From Podarcis erhardii (Eukaryota): DNA of 64,000 bases. Below are positions 14,087 through 25,800 of the stretch, piece by piece. The stretch lies in the NCBI GenBank assembly GCA_964252035.1, contig OZ176212.1; one strand, 5' to 3'. The notes under the pieces are model-generated. The model was not told the DNA's origin. It did not search any database and saw nothing but the letters and a program-made list of their open reading frames with translations. Each line of letters opens with the position of its first letter. Positions within the stretch are counted from its first letter, which is position 1. Both the position numbers and the translations under genes were made by a program.

Positions 14087-14867
14087 AGGTAAAGGTAAAG
14101 GTAAAGGGACCCCTGACCATTAGGTCCAGTCATGACCGACTCTGGGGTTGCGGCGCTCATCTTGCTTTATTGGCCGAGGGAGCCAGCATACATCTTCCGG
14201 GTCATGTGGCCAGCATGACTAAGCCGCTTCTGGCGAACCAGAGCAGCGCACAGAAACGCCGCTTACCTTCCCGCCGGAGTGGTACCTATTTATCTACTTG
14301 CACTTTGACGTGCTTTCGAACTGCCAGGTTGGTATGAGCAGGGACCGAGCAACGGGAGCTCATCCCATCGCAGGGATTCGAACCGCCGACCTTTTGATTG
14401 GCAAGTCCTAGGCTCTGTGGTTTAACCCACAGTGTCACCATAGGCGCCGACTCCATGGGGCCTGAGGGGGCCCGAGCCCCCTCAAAAATTTTAAGAAAAT
14501 TATTAGTTATATTATGCTTTGTAAAATCACAAAATTATGTTGGTATTTTTTATTTTCCTTGTTTGACGATAGTTACCTTTTAAAATACATTCAGTAATGA
14601 GTTAAAACAAAGCCACTCCCGATCTAGAGAGGGGGTGGGGTTGCGGGCTCTCGACCCATCAACAATCTCGCGGGGCTGGCGTTAGCCCCGCGAGAGGCCC
14701 TCACAGGTTCACTTAAGGTCGGGGCAGCCCGGGGCTCGCCCCTTTCGTTCCCCCAGCAGCAGCGGTTTGGAGGTCTTGGGCCCCCCCAATATTTTTTATA
14801 AGTCGGTATGGGCCCCCGCCCCCCCAATATTTTTTATAAGTCGGCGCCCCTGAGTGTCACCCGTGTC
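14087..14867 (-). mobile_element. Sauria SINE interrupted near its 5' end by a hAT MITE
   Basis: (AAAGGT)n tail at left; head sequence resumes at 14853-14867 after the insertion. Confidence 0.85.
14439..14852. mobile_element. Non-autonomous hAT MITE
   Basis: TIR CATAGGCGCCGACT / AGTCGGCGCCCCTG (12 of 14 match), perfect 8-bp TSD AGTGTCAC. Confidence 0.85.
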
Positions 14868-15653
14868 TGCAATTTTCCTGTTCCTTCTCTTGTCTGGACT
14901 GGACTGCCATTGACTATGGTTGGCAAGAGGAACAAAGAGAAGGTGGGTTTTGCTTTGCAACCAGATCTTCGTAGCATCCTTCTGTTTTGCTTCTGTTAAC
15001 ATGTCATCCAGGAATATAGTTCATGCAACCATTCTGCAGGGAGTTCAAGAGATGTATCTGGAAAAATAAATGGCACAGTTCCTTCTTCCTTAAGCCTAGA
15101 CAGTTGCAGCAGGAGTAGGTCCAGAAATGAAAGGGACACTGCTGAAAATGGCTGTCCCCTTGAGAGGAGCTTCAATTCCCCATCCCACACCCTCCAACAT
15201 TTCATAGCTGAAAATAAGGACATACTTGTGCCCCCCCTTCCTGGTTATTGCTTGTCCAGTCCCAGCCCCTCCATTATTTCACATGCTTACAGGCTCTTTG
15301 CCTGCAGTATGCTGCATTCGTTTATTCTGAAATTGCCCAGTGGGTGCTCCTACAAACCATAAGAGTAACTGATGGTGCTTTACAGAAAACATAATTGTCC
15401 TAGAATATCTTGTCAACTCAGCAGTGGAAGCAGCGGGCTATGCTCTTGCTTTGTGTTCATGCCTAAGGCTTGATGCCATAGTGTTTGTGCATGTGCCTTC
15501 GGTGTTGTGGAGCAGCGGTTGCCAACGTAGTGCTCTGCCACCAAGTTTTGCACTACAACCCTTATCAGTCCCAGCTGAAGATCAATGATCAGGGATGATG
15601 GGATTTGTAGGCCAGAGCATCTGGCAGGACAGTGTGCACCCATTCCCCACTTA

Positions 15654-15901
15654 GAGATGATGGCTGCCCTGGCAGCTTTCATTCTGGAGGAATAAGATCT
15701 GGAGGGTGGGGGGTTTTGTTGATAGTACAGGAGAAAGAGGTACCTCTCTGTCCTCATCGGCTGTGGTCCTAACTCTGGAGATGATGGCTGCCCTGGCAGC
15801 TTTCATTCTGGAGGAATAAGATCTGGAGGGTGGGGGTTTTTGTTGATAGTACAGGAGAAAGAGGTACCTCTCTGTCCTCATCGGCTGTGGTCCTAACTCT
15901 G
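15654..15901. repeat. Direct tandem duplication, 2 x 124 bp
   Basis: 15654-15777 and 15778-15901 differ at one position as far as I can see (G6T4 versus G5T5 run). Confidence 0.9.
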
Positions 15902-16729
15902 GTTGTTTCTTCTACACCTTGGCTTCCTTCGTTCCTTCCAACAGGTACATGAAATGCAAACACATATTTCACATATTTCTGGATTGACCCTGAAACACTG
16001 AATATTTGCAATGCCAGCAACTCAACTCACACAGTGATGCACTTAGGTAATTTTTAGACTCTGGACTTTTATGGGGGTGCTCATCTTTTGATGGCAATGG
16101 GTATTACTTGGTTTGCTTAATAATGTAAGGTAGCAATGCTGCATTTTTTTGAAGGGGTCTGTTTATTCTGATTGTTGGGTTCCTGGATTCCGCCCCCCCT
16201 CCCCCAAGTCCTGCCATGAATACCACACAGCTCACACTCCATTAACATTTTAACAAGGCATCTCATTTAAAAGCAAAAATTAGGGACAAGAAAAGAGGCT
16301 TGGCTATATTTACCAGAGTCTAGATAATAGGGGCTGTCCCTGGCAGTTGGAGCATATAGCATCCTAGTTACTCACTAGGTCACTCACCCTTTTCAGGTGG
16401 CTTCCAGGAACTTGGAGGGATGTGGAGGCTGTGTTTTTGCTTTTATCTCAGTGGCAACCATTACTTATACTTGGCCTGTGGTTTGGCAGGCAAGAGAGAG
16501 AGAGAGATCATTTTGTCGTCAATAGTGACCTTCACCTCTTTTTCCTACACACATGGTCACACATTGCATACAAAAATTGTCGGATTATTTTTTTTTCTGG
16601 AATAAATGCTTGTGTACATGACCTTTGCTAGCAGCTGGCAGCTATACTTTGCATATCCAAAAACTGAAGGTTTTTATTTTATTTTAGAAAAGCGATGATT
16701 AACACAAAGGGCAATCCTGTGCTCAGCCA

Positions 16730-16790
16730 TTTTGTTCACCTTTTGCCTCGTTTTATCTTTTGTTCACCTTTTGCCTCGTTTTATCTTTTG
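16730..16790. repeat. Tandem duplication, 2 x about 28 bp
   Basis: TTTGTTCACCTTTTGCCTCGTTTTATCT twice. Confidence 0.85.
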
Positions 16791-17253
16791 CAGTTTGTAA
16801 ATCTTCCGTTTATATGCTTCTCTCCTCTGTTTTGTTTTTGTTTTAAACCACGTCCAGACTGTCAGTATTTTGAGAGAGCAATTCATGTGCATACCAGGGA
16901 AGTTTGGTTTGCTCAAGTGGATCAAAGTCATTCTAGCATATCAAATGCACTTTTGAAAAAGAAACCAACTTTTTGCAGCTAGGAAAGTGACAGGGAAATG
17001 TCTTGAAAAATGTGAGATGGGAATTAATGGGAAGACAAATGCAAACCCCATAAGCAAATTGGAATGACTGCTCAGTGTCATATAACCTCCCCATAACCAA
17101 ATCAGAACAAATGCTCCATAAAGACTGGATATAATCTAAGTGCCCCATAAGCTTTGGGCAGCCTGTTGATTGAGCATTCATTTTTATTTGTTTGCAGGGA
17201 CAGGGAGGATTAGTAGACAGTGGCTATTTAATTCATTCTGAATTCATTCTGAA

Positions 17254-18077
17254 CAGTGGCGTAGCGTGGGGGGTGCAAGGGGTGCCAGCCGCACCGGGCG
17301 CAACATTTTTGGGGGCGCACTCGGAGCTCTCTGCCCCTACCTGGTCCTGGCTCACTCTCTCTCTCACAGTGCTGGCTGTGCGAATCTGATCCGAGCTGCC
17401 GGGTCGCCGCCCACTGTGGAGGGGGAGGGTGCCAGGCGTGCATTGCGGAGCGGAGAGAGAGCGAGGGAGGGACTATCTGGGGGAGGGAAAATGCAGCGGC
17501 CGCCCAGCGCAGAGCTGAGCGCAGGAGAGAACTACATCCGACCAGCCCAGTTTTGGAGGGAAGGTGTTAGTTGCGGCGGAGCCCTGGCGCCCCGGGAGGC
17601 TGGCCGGGCCGGTAATGGGGCTGGCCGGTGGCGCCGCTGCCATCCTGCGGACAAAAGGGCTGCCGCCCCCGGCCGAGCCCCCCCCCCCCCGCGAAACCAG
17701 GAGCAGCTCTCTGGTGCTCGAGGGCTTCGCAGGCCCTTCATCTCCCCTCCATTGGCGCCTCAGCCCCCAGCCCTGCCTGCGCGGCTCCTGCGTCTGGGGG
17801 CGCGCTCGCGCGGATGGGGTGCCGCTCCCCGCTTGCAAATGGTGCCCGTAAAGTCACATCAGAGACGCCCCCGGGACCCAGTTGCTGCCTTCTTCCCCGC
17901 CATGTGATTAAGCCTCGCACTACTTTGTGGCAGTGGTGTAGCGTGGGGGGTGCAGGGGGGGCCGGCCGCACCGGCCGCAACATCTGGGGGTTAGGGTTAG
18001 GGGGCGCAAATCCACGGGTTAGGGGGCGCAAATTACTTGCCTTGCCCCGGGTGCTGACAACCCACGCTACGCCACTG
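17254..18077. mobile_element. Composite GC-rich non-autonomous hAT element (824 bp)
   Basis: Perfect 17-bp TIR CAGTGGCGTAGCGTGGG, perfect 8-bp TSD ATTCTGAA; internal second copy of the left end at 17931. Confidence 0.88.
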
Positions 18078-20194
18078 ATTCTGAATTGTTTGCAAGTGAG
18101 GTTAGATGACATTGCATCAAAGCAAGTGTTATCCCTCACTTTCCGGTGCATTTTCCCATCACTTTCCTCATTGCAAAGAACTCTGACCTTTGGGGGAAGA
18201 AGGTTTGCTCTGCAAGACCTCCAAATCAACTATAATTGTGCAACCTGCAATTGCAGGGATGTGATTGCATCCTTCCCCAAAATGATGAGAGTCTGGAAGC
18301 ACCAATTCACCCAAGCAAATCAGGATGAATGCTTAACAAATAGGTTGACTGGATGAGCCCTAAGTTTTCTTTGTCTGGTTTGTGAGCAATAATGAACATA
18401 TTTGAAGATGGTGATTATTGAAATGTTCCTTCATATTTAGTCCCAATGGCTTTATTCTGTGGTTATGCATGATTTTCTCAGTCAAACAGTTCTGATGTCT
18501 TTTCAAGTCTGTAATAGTAACTTTGATAACCAGTGACATGGGTTTGAAACTAGAGCCACTGTAGCTCAAAGTGCACTGGGTAGGACTCACTGAAAGGCAT
18601 CATACTCAATACTAAATTTCCTGGTTTTCTGTTGCTTTTGGGTTTGTATAGTCTTTAGATTTGCTGCCTCCCTTTTCTACACGTTAAGTAGTGAGGTGAA
18701 ATCCAGTTCCCACCCAACATCTTGTCACCTCTTTGTTAATCTAAGGGGTTGAGTTGACCTCACTTGCAGATCTTTGTGGGAACTTTAAGGCCCTCCTCAG
18801 AGACTCACCCCACCACCCACCCCAGGCCCCATGTTCCTTATATTTCTCTCAATTTAGGCGCTGGTGTCGCACCCCAACCCCTGTCACCATTGCTAAGGCT
18901 CCAGGGGGAAATAGGCCTGTTGTCTAGCAACAAGCCAGGAAGGGGTTGGGGAGCACTTTGTGACAGAAAGGGGACTGCTAAATGTTTCCCGTCTCTATTT
19001 GTAAAGGAGCTTAAAAATGGAGGCACAAGACATATGGTTTTCCCTTCCACATTTTCATCAGGCTGAAATATGCTTGGCCCCAGTCAGTCTAAATCTCGGC
19101 CTAGCCTCTCTCCCCTTGAACTGGCAAAATGGTTGGCCAAAAAGCATAGAGTGGAGAGAAGAAGGTACATGTGAATGGTAGCCAGTAACCTCAAATTGCT
19201 GCATCCCTGTCAAGTAGTGCTCCTTTGTCTTTTAAGAGCTACATGAAATGCAGAAATTCAACAGAAGTAGACCTTCCCAGTGTCCATATTTTCCAGGGAT
19301 GTCCCTCATTTAGATAAGACATCCCAGTTTCTGATTTGATCCCAGAATGTCCAACTTTTCCTTAGGGTGTCCCTATTTTTACTGGAGAAATGTTGGAAGG
19401 TAGGGAGTTATCCGGCCCCCAAGCCATCTGAAGACAATCCTGTATAGCAAAGTTTTTTTAAAAATTTTTTAATGTTTAATTATCTTTTTATATATGTTGG
19501 AAGCTGCCCAGAGTGGCTGGGGTAATGCAGGAAGATGTATGGGGGTATAAATAGTAAAATTATGGAATGGGACACCCCTGTTTTCACTGGAGAAGTGTTG
19601 GAGGGTATGCAGATGCAGCCAGAGCCCTCAGTTCAGGGGGCCCTCAAGACAGTGCTACTTGTAGGCCTTGCCCTAGTTAGAGTGGTATGGGCTACATTTG
19701 TAGTCCTGTTAGAATGGTAAAATCTGAATTTGTTGTGGATTCCCTGCATTCCGAATTGGCACAAGCTCTTCTTGGTGTCCTTCTACCTGCTGATAGCAGA
19801 CTGCAAGCTATTGTAATTAGAAACTGACTTAGAGCAGACATGTCAGTGCTGGGAAAGCAAGGTATGATCAGAAATGCCTACCTGCTGTGTTGATCGCAGT
19901 GGGTCTCAGGTCATGACATTCACCTGGGTCCCATTTAATGACACCCCAGGTTATCAAAACATGGCGGACAGCCACTTTGGATGGGAGCCGAGGTTTGCTT
20001 ACATTAAAGAGTTTCAGTGCCACCCACCCAAGTGATGGGGATTTCCCTAATTTCATCTGTGGAAAAACCCTGCTAGAAAGAGTGACAACTCTAAAACCAT
20101 CTGCAGCAGCATGACCAGTGCACCTCAGAGGTCTGTTTTGTTTCTCTCTGTTGCATGGTGAGCACAAGTTCACACTGTTGTATAACAAGTGCCG

Positions 20195-20200
20195 TTTATT
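20195..20200 (-). terminator. Candidate polyadenylation signal (AATAAA) of the APOH-like gene
   Basis: First AATAAA I found on the minus strand after the stop (an ATTAAA variant occurs near 20635). Followed by CA and a GT-rich stretch; implies a 3' UTR of about 1.4 kb. Confidence 0.45.
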
Positions 20201-20733
20201 ATGTACAAATCAATTTACACGAGTATTCAGTAGCATCAGCTGTAAACCTCATTCCAGGCTTGTTTTTCAGTTGCCTTATGTTTCCATTCTCTTCATACAC
20301 AGCCCCATGTCACAAGGCCTCGGGGCCTGGGATGAATGTTGCACCTGCCCATTGTTACGATTGGCTCCAGCCTGCTTCCTGTAGCACCACCAATCTGAGG
20401 CTATGTTCAGTTTTTTTGCCTGTTGCACAGCTCAGTTCTGTGGATGAGTTGTAAGAAAGAAGGCTGCAGTTCTACATCAGCTTCCCTGGGAGTAAGCTCC
20501 GTTCAGCTCAATGGGACATACTTCTGATGAGATGTGTAGGACTGCATTGTAAGCCTCCCTCATCAAGTTAATTTATGTTTACTCCAAGTAAGAATGCATA
20601 AGATTGCAACTTTAAACTCTTTTCCTTACCCCTTTTTAATTTACTTGAATACAATCCCTTTCGTGGTGGAGGAATATTTTCTAAGCATACAGAAAGCTGG
20701 TGTAGCATAATTCGTAAGATATGAACTGCAATA

Positions 20734-20974
20734 CAGTGGTACCTCGGGTTAAGTACTTAATTCGTTCTGGAGGTCTGTTCTTAACCTGAAACTGTTCTTA
20801 ACCTGAAGACCACTTTAGCTAATGGGGCCTCCTGCTGCTGCCGCGCTGCCAGAGCACGATTTCTGTTCTCATCCTGAAGCAAAGTTCTTAACCCGAGGTA
20901 CTATTTCTGGATTAGTGGAGTCTGTAACTTGAAGCGTATGTAACCTGAAGCGTATGTAACTCGAGGTACCACTG
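20734..20974. mobile_element. MITE family A (in putative APOH-like 3' UTR)
   Basis: TIRs and TA flanks. Confidence 0.85.
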
Positions 20975-21579
20975 TATAAGATCAGAAGTCCTTGGTACAG
21001 ATTAACTTCCTTGAGCCACATATACTCTCTGGGTAACCTTAGCCATTCACTGTTTACTCAGACTCAGCCCTCCCCTCGTATATAATGGATAATTCAAATC
21101 TCACCTTCCAGGGCTATGGGTAGAATCACTGCAAATAATTTATGTGAAGTGTACTGAATGCTTGACACACTATATAAAAACTACTGCATGAAGCTGCCTT
21201 CATGTTTAAAAAGCCCTCCAGTGGTATCATGTTGGCACTGATTTGTCAATCCAGCCATACAGCTTGATGAATGGAGAAAAACAAGGGGTACATAGGAAAT
21301 TGACTTGCATGTTTTTATGACCTGAAAGGGATCTCTTGCTCATCTGGGGAGCAACAAAGATAGAAAATAAATAGAGTACAATAAAATAGCTAGCTGTTGG
21401 CCATCAGTATACTTAAATTCCCAGGCCCGATCTCTGTTTCAAATGTGGCTGGTTTCCTATTTGCTTGTGTTGATTGCCTCTTTTCCATCTGTCTTTTCTG
21501 CACTTCCAAGAGGCCTGCTGAGCCAGAACAAGAAGAGAAGGAATCATCTCATTGGGGAATGTATGGGTTGAAGGTGTGC

Positions 21580-21644
21580 TCAACAAGCAGGTATTTCAGA
21601 TACAACTCTTTTGGGAAACAGGTGGTACTGCAGATAGGTAGGCT
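21580..21644 (-). CDS. APOH-like exon 8, C-terminal tail EPTYLQYHLFPKRVVSEIPAC*
   Basis: Acceptor CTTTCTTCTTACAG. The terminal Cys supplies the sixth domain V cysteine, as in beta2GPI. Stop TGA at 21582-21580. Confidence 0.88.
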
Positions 21645-22815
21645 CTGTAAGAAGAAAGAGAAGGGAATCAGTAAAGCTGTTTGCAATGAGGGTTGGAATT
21701 TAATGAAAATGGACCCTCTTGACTATGTATGGTGTCCCCCATCCCTCAAACAGGGGGTGGTCAAATCCTCTGTGAAGCTAGCAGAATATCTAAAATAGGA
21801 ATACTAAGATTTTATGCTATGCATTTCCCAATCCCATCTCAAGCTCTTTGATCAGAAACGAACGGTTCTATAATTGCGGTTAATTACTCAAGTGTACTTC
21901 GGTTCCTTTGCGTGCTGATTGCACAATTTTGGTGTTAGAGGGATGAATTTTTTTTTATATACTTGTCAGACTTCAAGTTCGTTTTAATGAGGAACTGAAC
22001 TTCTCCACAATGAAATCTGGAAGTGGAGCCCCAAATCGAGGACAGTGCCTGGAATATGGCACATACCGCGCCAGTCATGAGCTCAATGTTCTGAGATATA
22101 TTGCAAGAGAGACTAGCTTGTGGAGACCTGCCTCCCAAGAGCATAAAGCAATAATATTCGTAACAGTTCCAGTCTCCTGCCCCCAGTCTACCAAAACTTA
22201 ACACCCAATGTTGTTTTGTGCAGGGTTGTTTTCTGTCTCACCATCGTAGCAGTCGGGCATCTTCAACACACCATCGAAACACTGGCTGTCGGCCGTAAAA
22301 CTGCAGGTCTTGTTCTCACTACGGCAGAAAAATGTGACAATTTCTCCATGATGAACCAGACCATCAGGGATCTCATAGACCCAGAGCTTACGCCCTTGGT
22401 AGATCATCCGGCTTCTCTTGGCAGTGATGGGACAGCGGGCTGGTAAGGGTAAGAAACAAAGCCTGTTAAGTATGGTTGACAGACCCATTGGCTTTTCACC
22501 ATCTGGAACCTCAAAGACAATGGGGATGCTGGTATGGAATATAATGGCTGGGTTGATAAAGTAATTGTGAGTATGTAAAAAGCAGTGGGGATTAGGAGGA
22601 AAGTACCTCTGCAGTAGGGTAGTTGGGACCAGTTTCCATTCTCCAGGCAAACCACTCGATTAGAGCCATCTAAGAGGAAGTCCTTGTTACACAAGTAATA
22701 GATGACAGTTCCCACGGGGTATTCAGACTGGTGCACAGCAACCAGGGTTGCTTCAGCAATATTGGGGGGTCGGGAACAGGTCACAGCTAGGGAGAGAAAA
22801 AGAAAAGTATTCTAA

Positions 22816-22867
<52 letters not shown>

Positions 22868-25800
22868 GGATGGAAAGGATGTACAGATAGAGAACTCATG
22901 GATGGGTGTTTATTTGGATTTATGAACAGAGAAATAAATATGGAGTGAAGTATAGAAGGATGACGGATGCTTTATTGGGTAGGTCAGCATATGTATGTGT
23001 GAATGGATGAATATATCAGCCTATTGGTTGGTAAAGGCAGAAGTTGCTTGGCCTTTGACTCAGAACTTATAATGTACTTCCAGGTGGAGTTTTTTTCTGG
23101 TTTATTTGAGGTATATGTGGTAAAATGTGTGGATCTGTGTTACCAAGGAATAGAACACTACTGAAGACTAATCAAGCGGCCAGAAAGAAGCTCGGTCCTC
23201 TACCCCAATAATCTTGACTACTTACGGTGGCAGGTTGGGGCTGCATGTGACCATTCCTCATTCTCTTGGCATAAAAGAGAACTGGGTCCCTCTAGGCGAT
23301 ATCTGTGAGGTAGGAAGAAGAAGAAATCAGAAGGAAGTATTCAGTAGCTTTCCGCTTGAGGCCAGATATGAGATAGTATTTATTAGATTTATATTTTGAG
23401 GCAGACAATGTTTTTATGCTTTTTAAAAACAGCTGACTGACTTTTTTATTGTTCTACCTCGTTTTATGAAATTGTAACATTATATATATGTTCAGACACT
23501 CTCAGTGGTGTTTTTGCATGAGAATGGTATGATAAAGGTAAAGGTAAAGGACCCCTGACAGTTAAGTCCAGTCGTGAATGACTCTGGGGTTGTGGTGCTC
23601 ATCTCGCTTTACTGGCTGAGGGAGCCGACGTTTGTCCACAGACAGTTTTTCTGGGTCATGTGGCCAGCATGACTAAGCTGCTTCTGGCGAAACCAAAGCA
23701 GCGCATGAAAATGCTGTTTACCTTCCCCCTGGAGCAGTGCCTATTTATCTACTTGCACTTAGACGTGCTTTCGAACTGCTAGGTTGGCAGGAGCTGGGAC
23801 CAAGCAATGGGAGCTCACCCCGTTGCAGGGATTCAAACCGCTGAACTTCCAATCGGCAAGCCCTAGGCTCAGTGGTTTAGACCACAGCGCCACAAATAAA
23901 ATAAAATGGGATGTGTATGCTGATCAGCGGGTTGGAGTAAGTGATGGAGTTGAGGATAGTTTTATTTACATCATTTCTAACACGCTCTTTAGCCCAGAAA
24001 GACTCTTTGAGCCACTTAGAACAAATCAGTTCTAAGACAGTCCCTGCCCTCAGGCTCACAACCTGAACAACTGACTTACCCATAGTCACACCAGTAGTGC
24101 ACTTCCCTTCCTGTGTTGTAAGGGCCCCCTTCATGGGATCCATTTTCGATCTCTGGTGGAGATTTGCAGTGGGATGGTGGGTTACGAGCATCTGATAAAG
24201 AAGAGGAAGGGGAAGAAAGAAAATGCTTGATAAGTCTGTATCCTTGGTGCATTAGACCAATTGTTGGGTTTTGTTTGTCATCTGGTGGAGGCACTGTAGT
24301 GGTGGAGGGTTATCAGTGGCTGTTCTAGATTGAATAAGAGGTGCTTGAGAGCCTGGTCCCTCCTGGTATTGATGACAATGGTAGGAAATGGTTGATTACC
24401 TTCACAGGGTAAAGTGAAGCTCCACTTCGCGTCTCCTTGGCAGCGACTTACTGCCACTTCCTGCCCATCAGCCATTATAAATCCAGGCTTGCATGTCACC
24501 TCCATTAAGTCCCCAAACAGAGTGGATTCCTGGACCAGTTGTGTCTCAGCATTGTCAATTGTCACCGGCCATGCACACCTCAAGCCTTGGAAGAATACAG
24601 AAAGAAAGATGGTGGCTGATGAGAACCCTGAATTTTGTGGGAAAGAGTTGAGCCTGGATTCTCAGGGTCTAGTGAGCCATGTTGGAAGAAGAACTCCTGG
24701 GTTCTTGTGAGGAAACGGAAGGTCTAATGGACAGAAAGAGATGAAAACCAGGAGTTCTGATCTTTTGGGAACTGGCAATCAGGAATATTGAATTTTCTTA
24801 AATGGGGCAAAGGAGGGGTTAAGGAATCTGGAGACCAGGACTCCTCTGGAAAAGGAATAAATGGAAGGCTAGATGCTAGAGCAGGGCTGGGAATACTAGA
24901 AAACAGTTCTTCCCACCTAATGGGATGGTGAGTGTGGGCTAGGTGGTGTTTTGGAGTTATGGGAGCCGGAAGAGGAATGAAACCTGTTTCATAAGGAAAA
25001 ATGAGAGGCTATGACCTAGCATCTTGGGATCATTGCAAGTGGAATGTGATTGGAGATGTGCAGGGAGGAGAGAAGGATCTGGGAATGATTATTTATTAAA
25101 TTTATTGATTTTTTTTAAAAAAAACCAAAGTAACTCAAAGCAACTTTCAATATATAAATAAACACATACATATCTTGAAACTGACATAAATCTTAGGTTC
25201 TTAGGTTCTTCTGGAATGGGGGATGAAACCAGATGGCTGAAGTTTGGAGTTTGGGAATCAGAAGTCTCAAGTTCTCTAAACTGGTTTAAAGGATTTTTTT
25301 CTGGTAACGGAGCACTTCTGAAATCTCTATAAAGTGGCTAGGGCAGAGTTAGGTAGGAAGGACTGGGAAGCATGTAAATGCCTGGATTTTCTGTGAATTT
25401 TCCTGTGTATGGACTAGGTAGTCAAGTTTCTACCTGTAGAAATGCAGCTCATTCCACATTCCCCGTCACATTCACACTTCCTGCTTTTAGAGCATCTGCG
25501 GCGCTCACAGTTCTTCTGGCACGTCTGCCCTGTCAGCATTGTAAAATTCTTCTTCCGCAGTGGACATTTGGGGTCAGTCAGATTCCTGACTGCAAATAGA
25601 AGAAAAGATAAGTGGTTACACAGATACGAGGGAATGAGACCGGGGAAAGAGGCAAGTGATATACAATCGTATTTAAGAGCTACGTCTGTGTGTCTGTAAT
25701 GGGGGAGTCGAAGGTGAAAATACCTTCCTTCCCTTCCCTAACACATAGCTGTCAACGTTTCCCTTTTTTTTAGGGGAAATTCCCTTATTCCGAATAGGAT

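Noticed and set aside
17266-18356. Long overlapping ORFs (213, 242, 163 aa)
   Set aside because: They lie in or run out of the GC-rich hAT element where stops are rare; no transposase or other recognisable motifs.
22787-23225. Missing CCP exon equivalent to APOH exon 5
   Set aside because: The interval contains a (GT)n tract and no Cys/Trp-patterned open frame with splice sites, so the exon appears truly absent.
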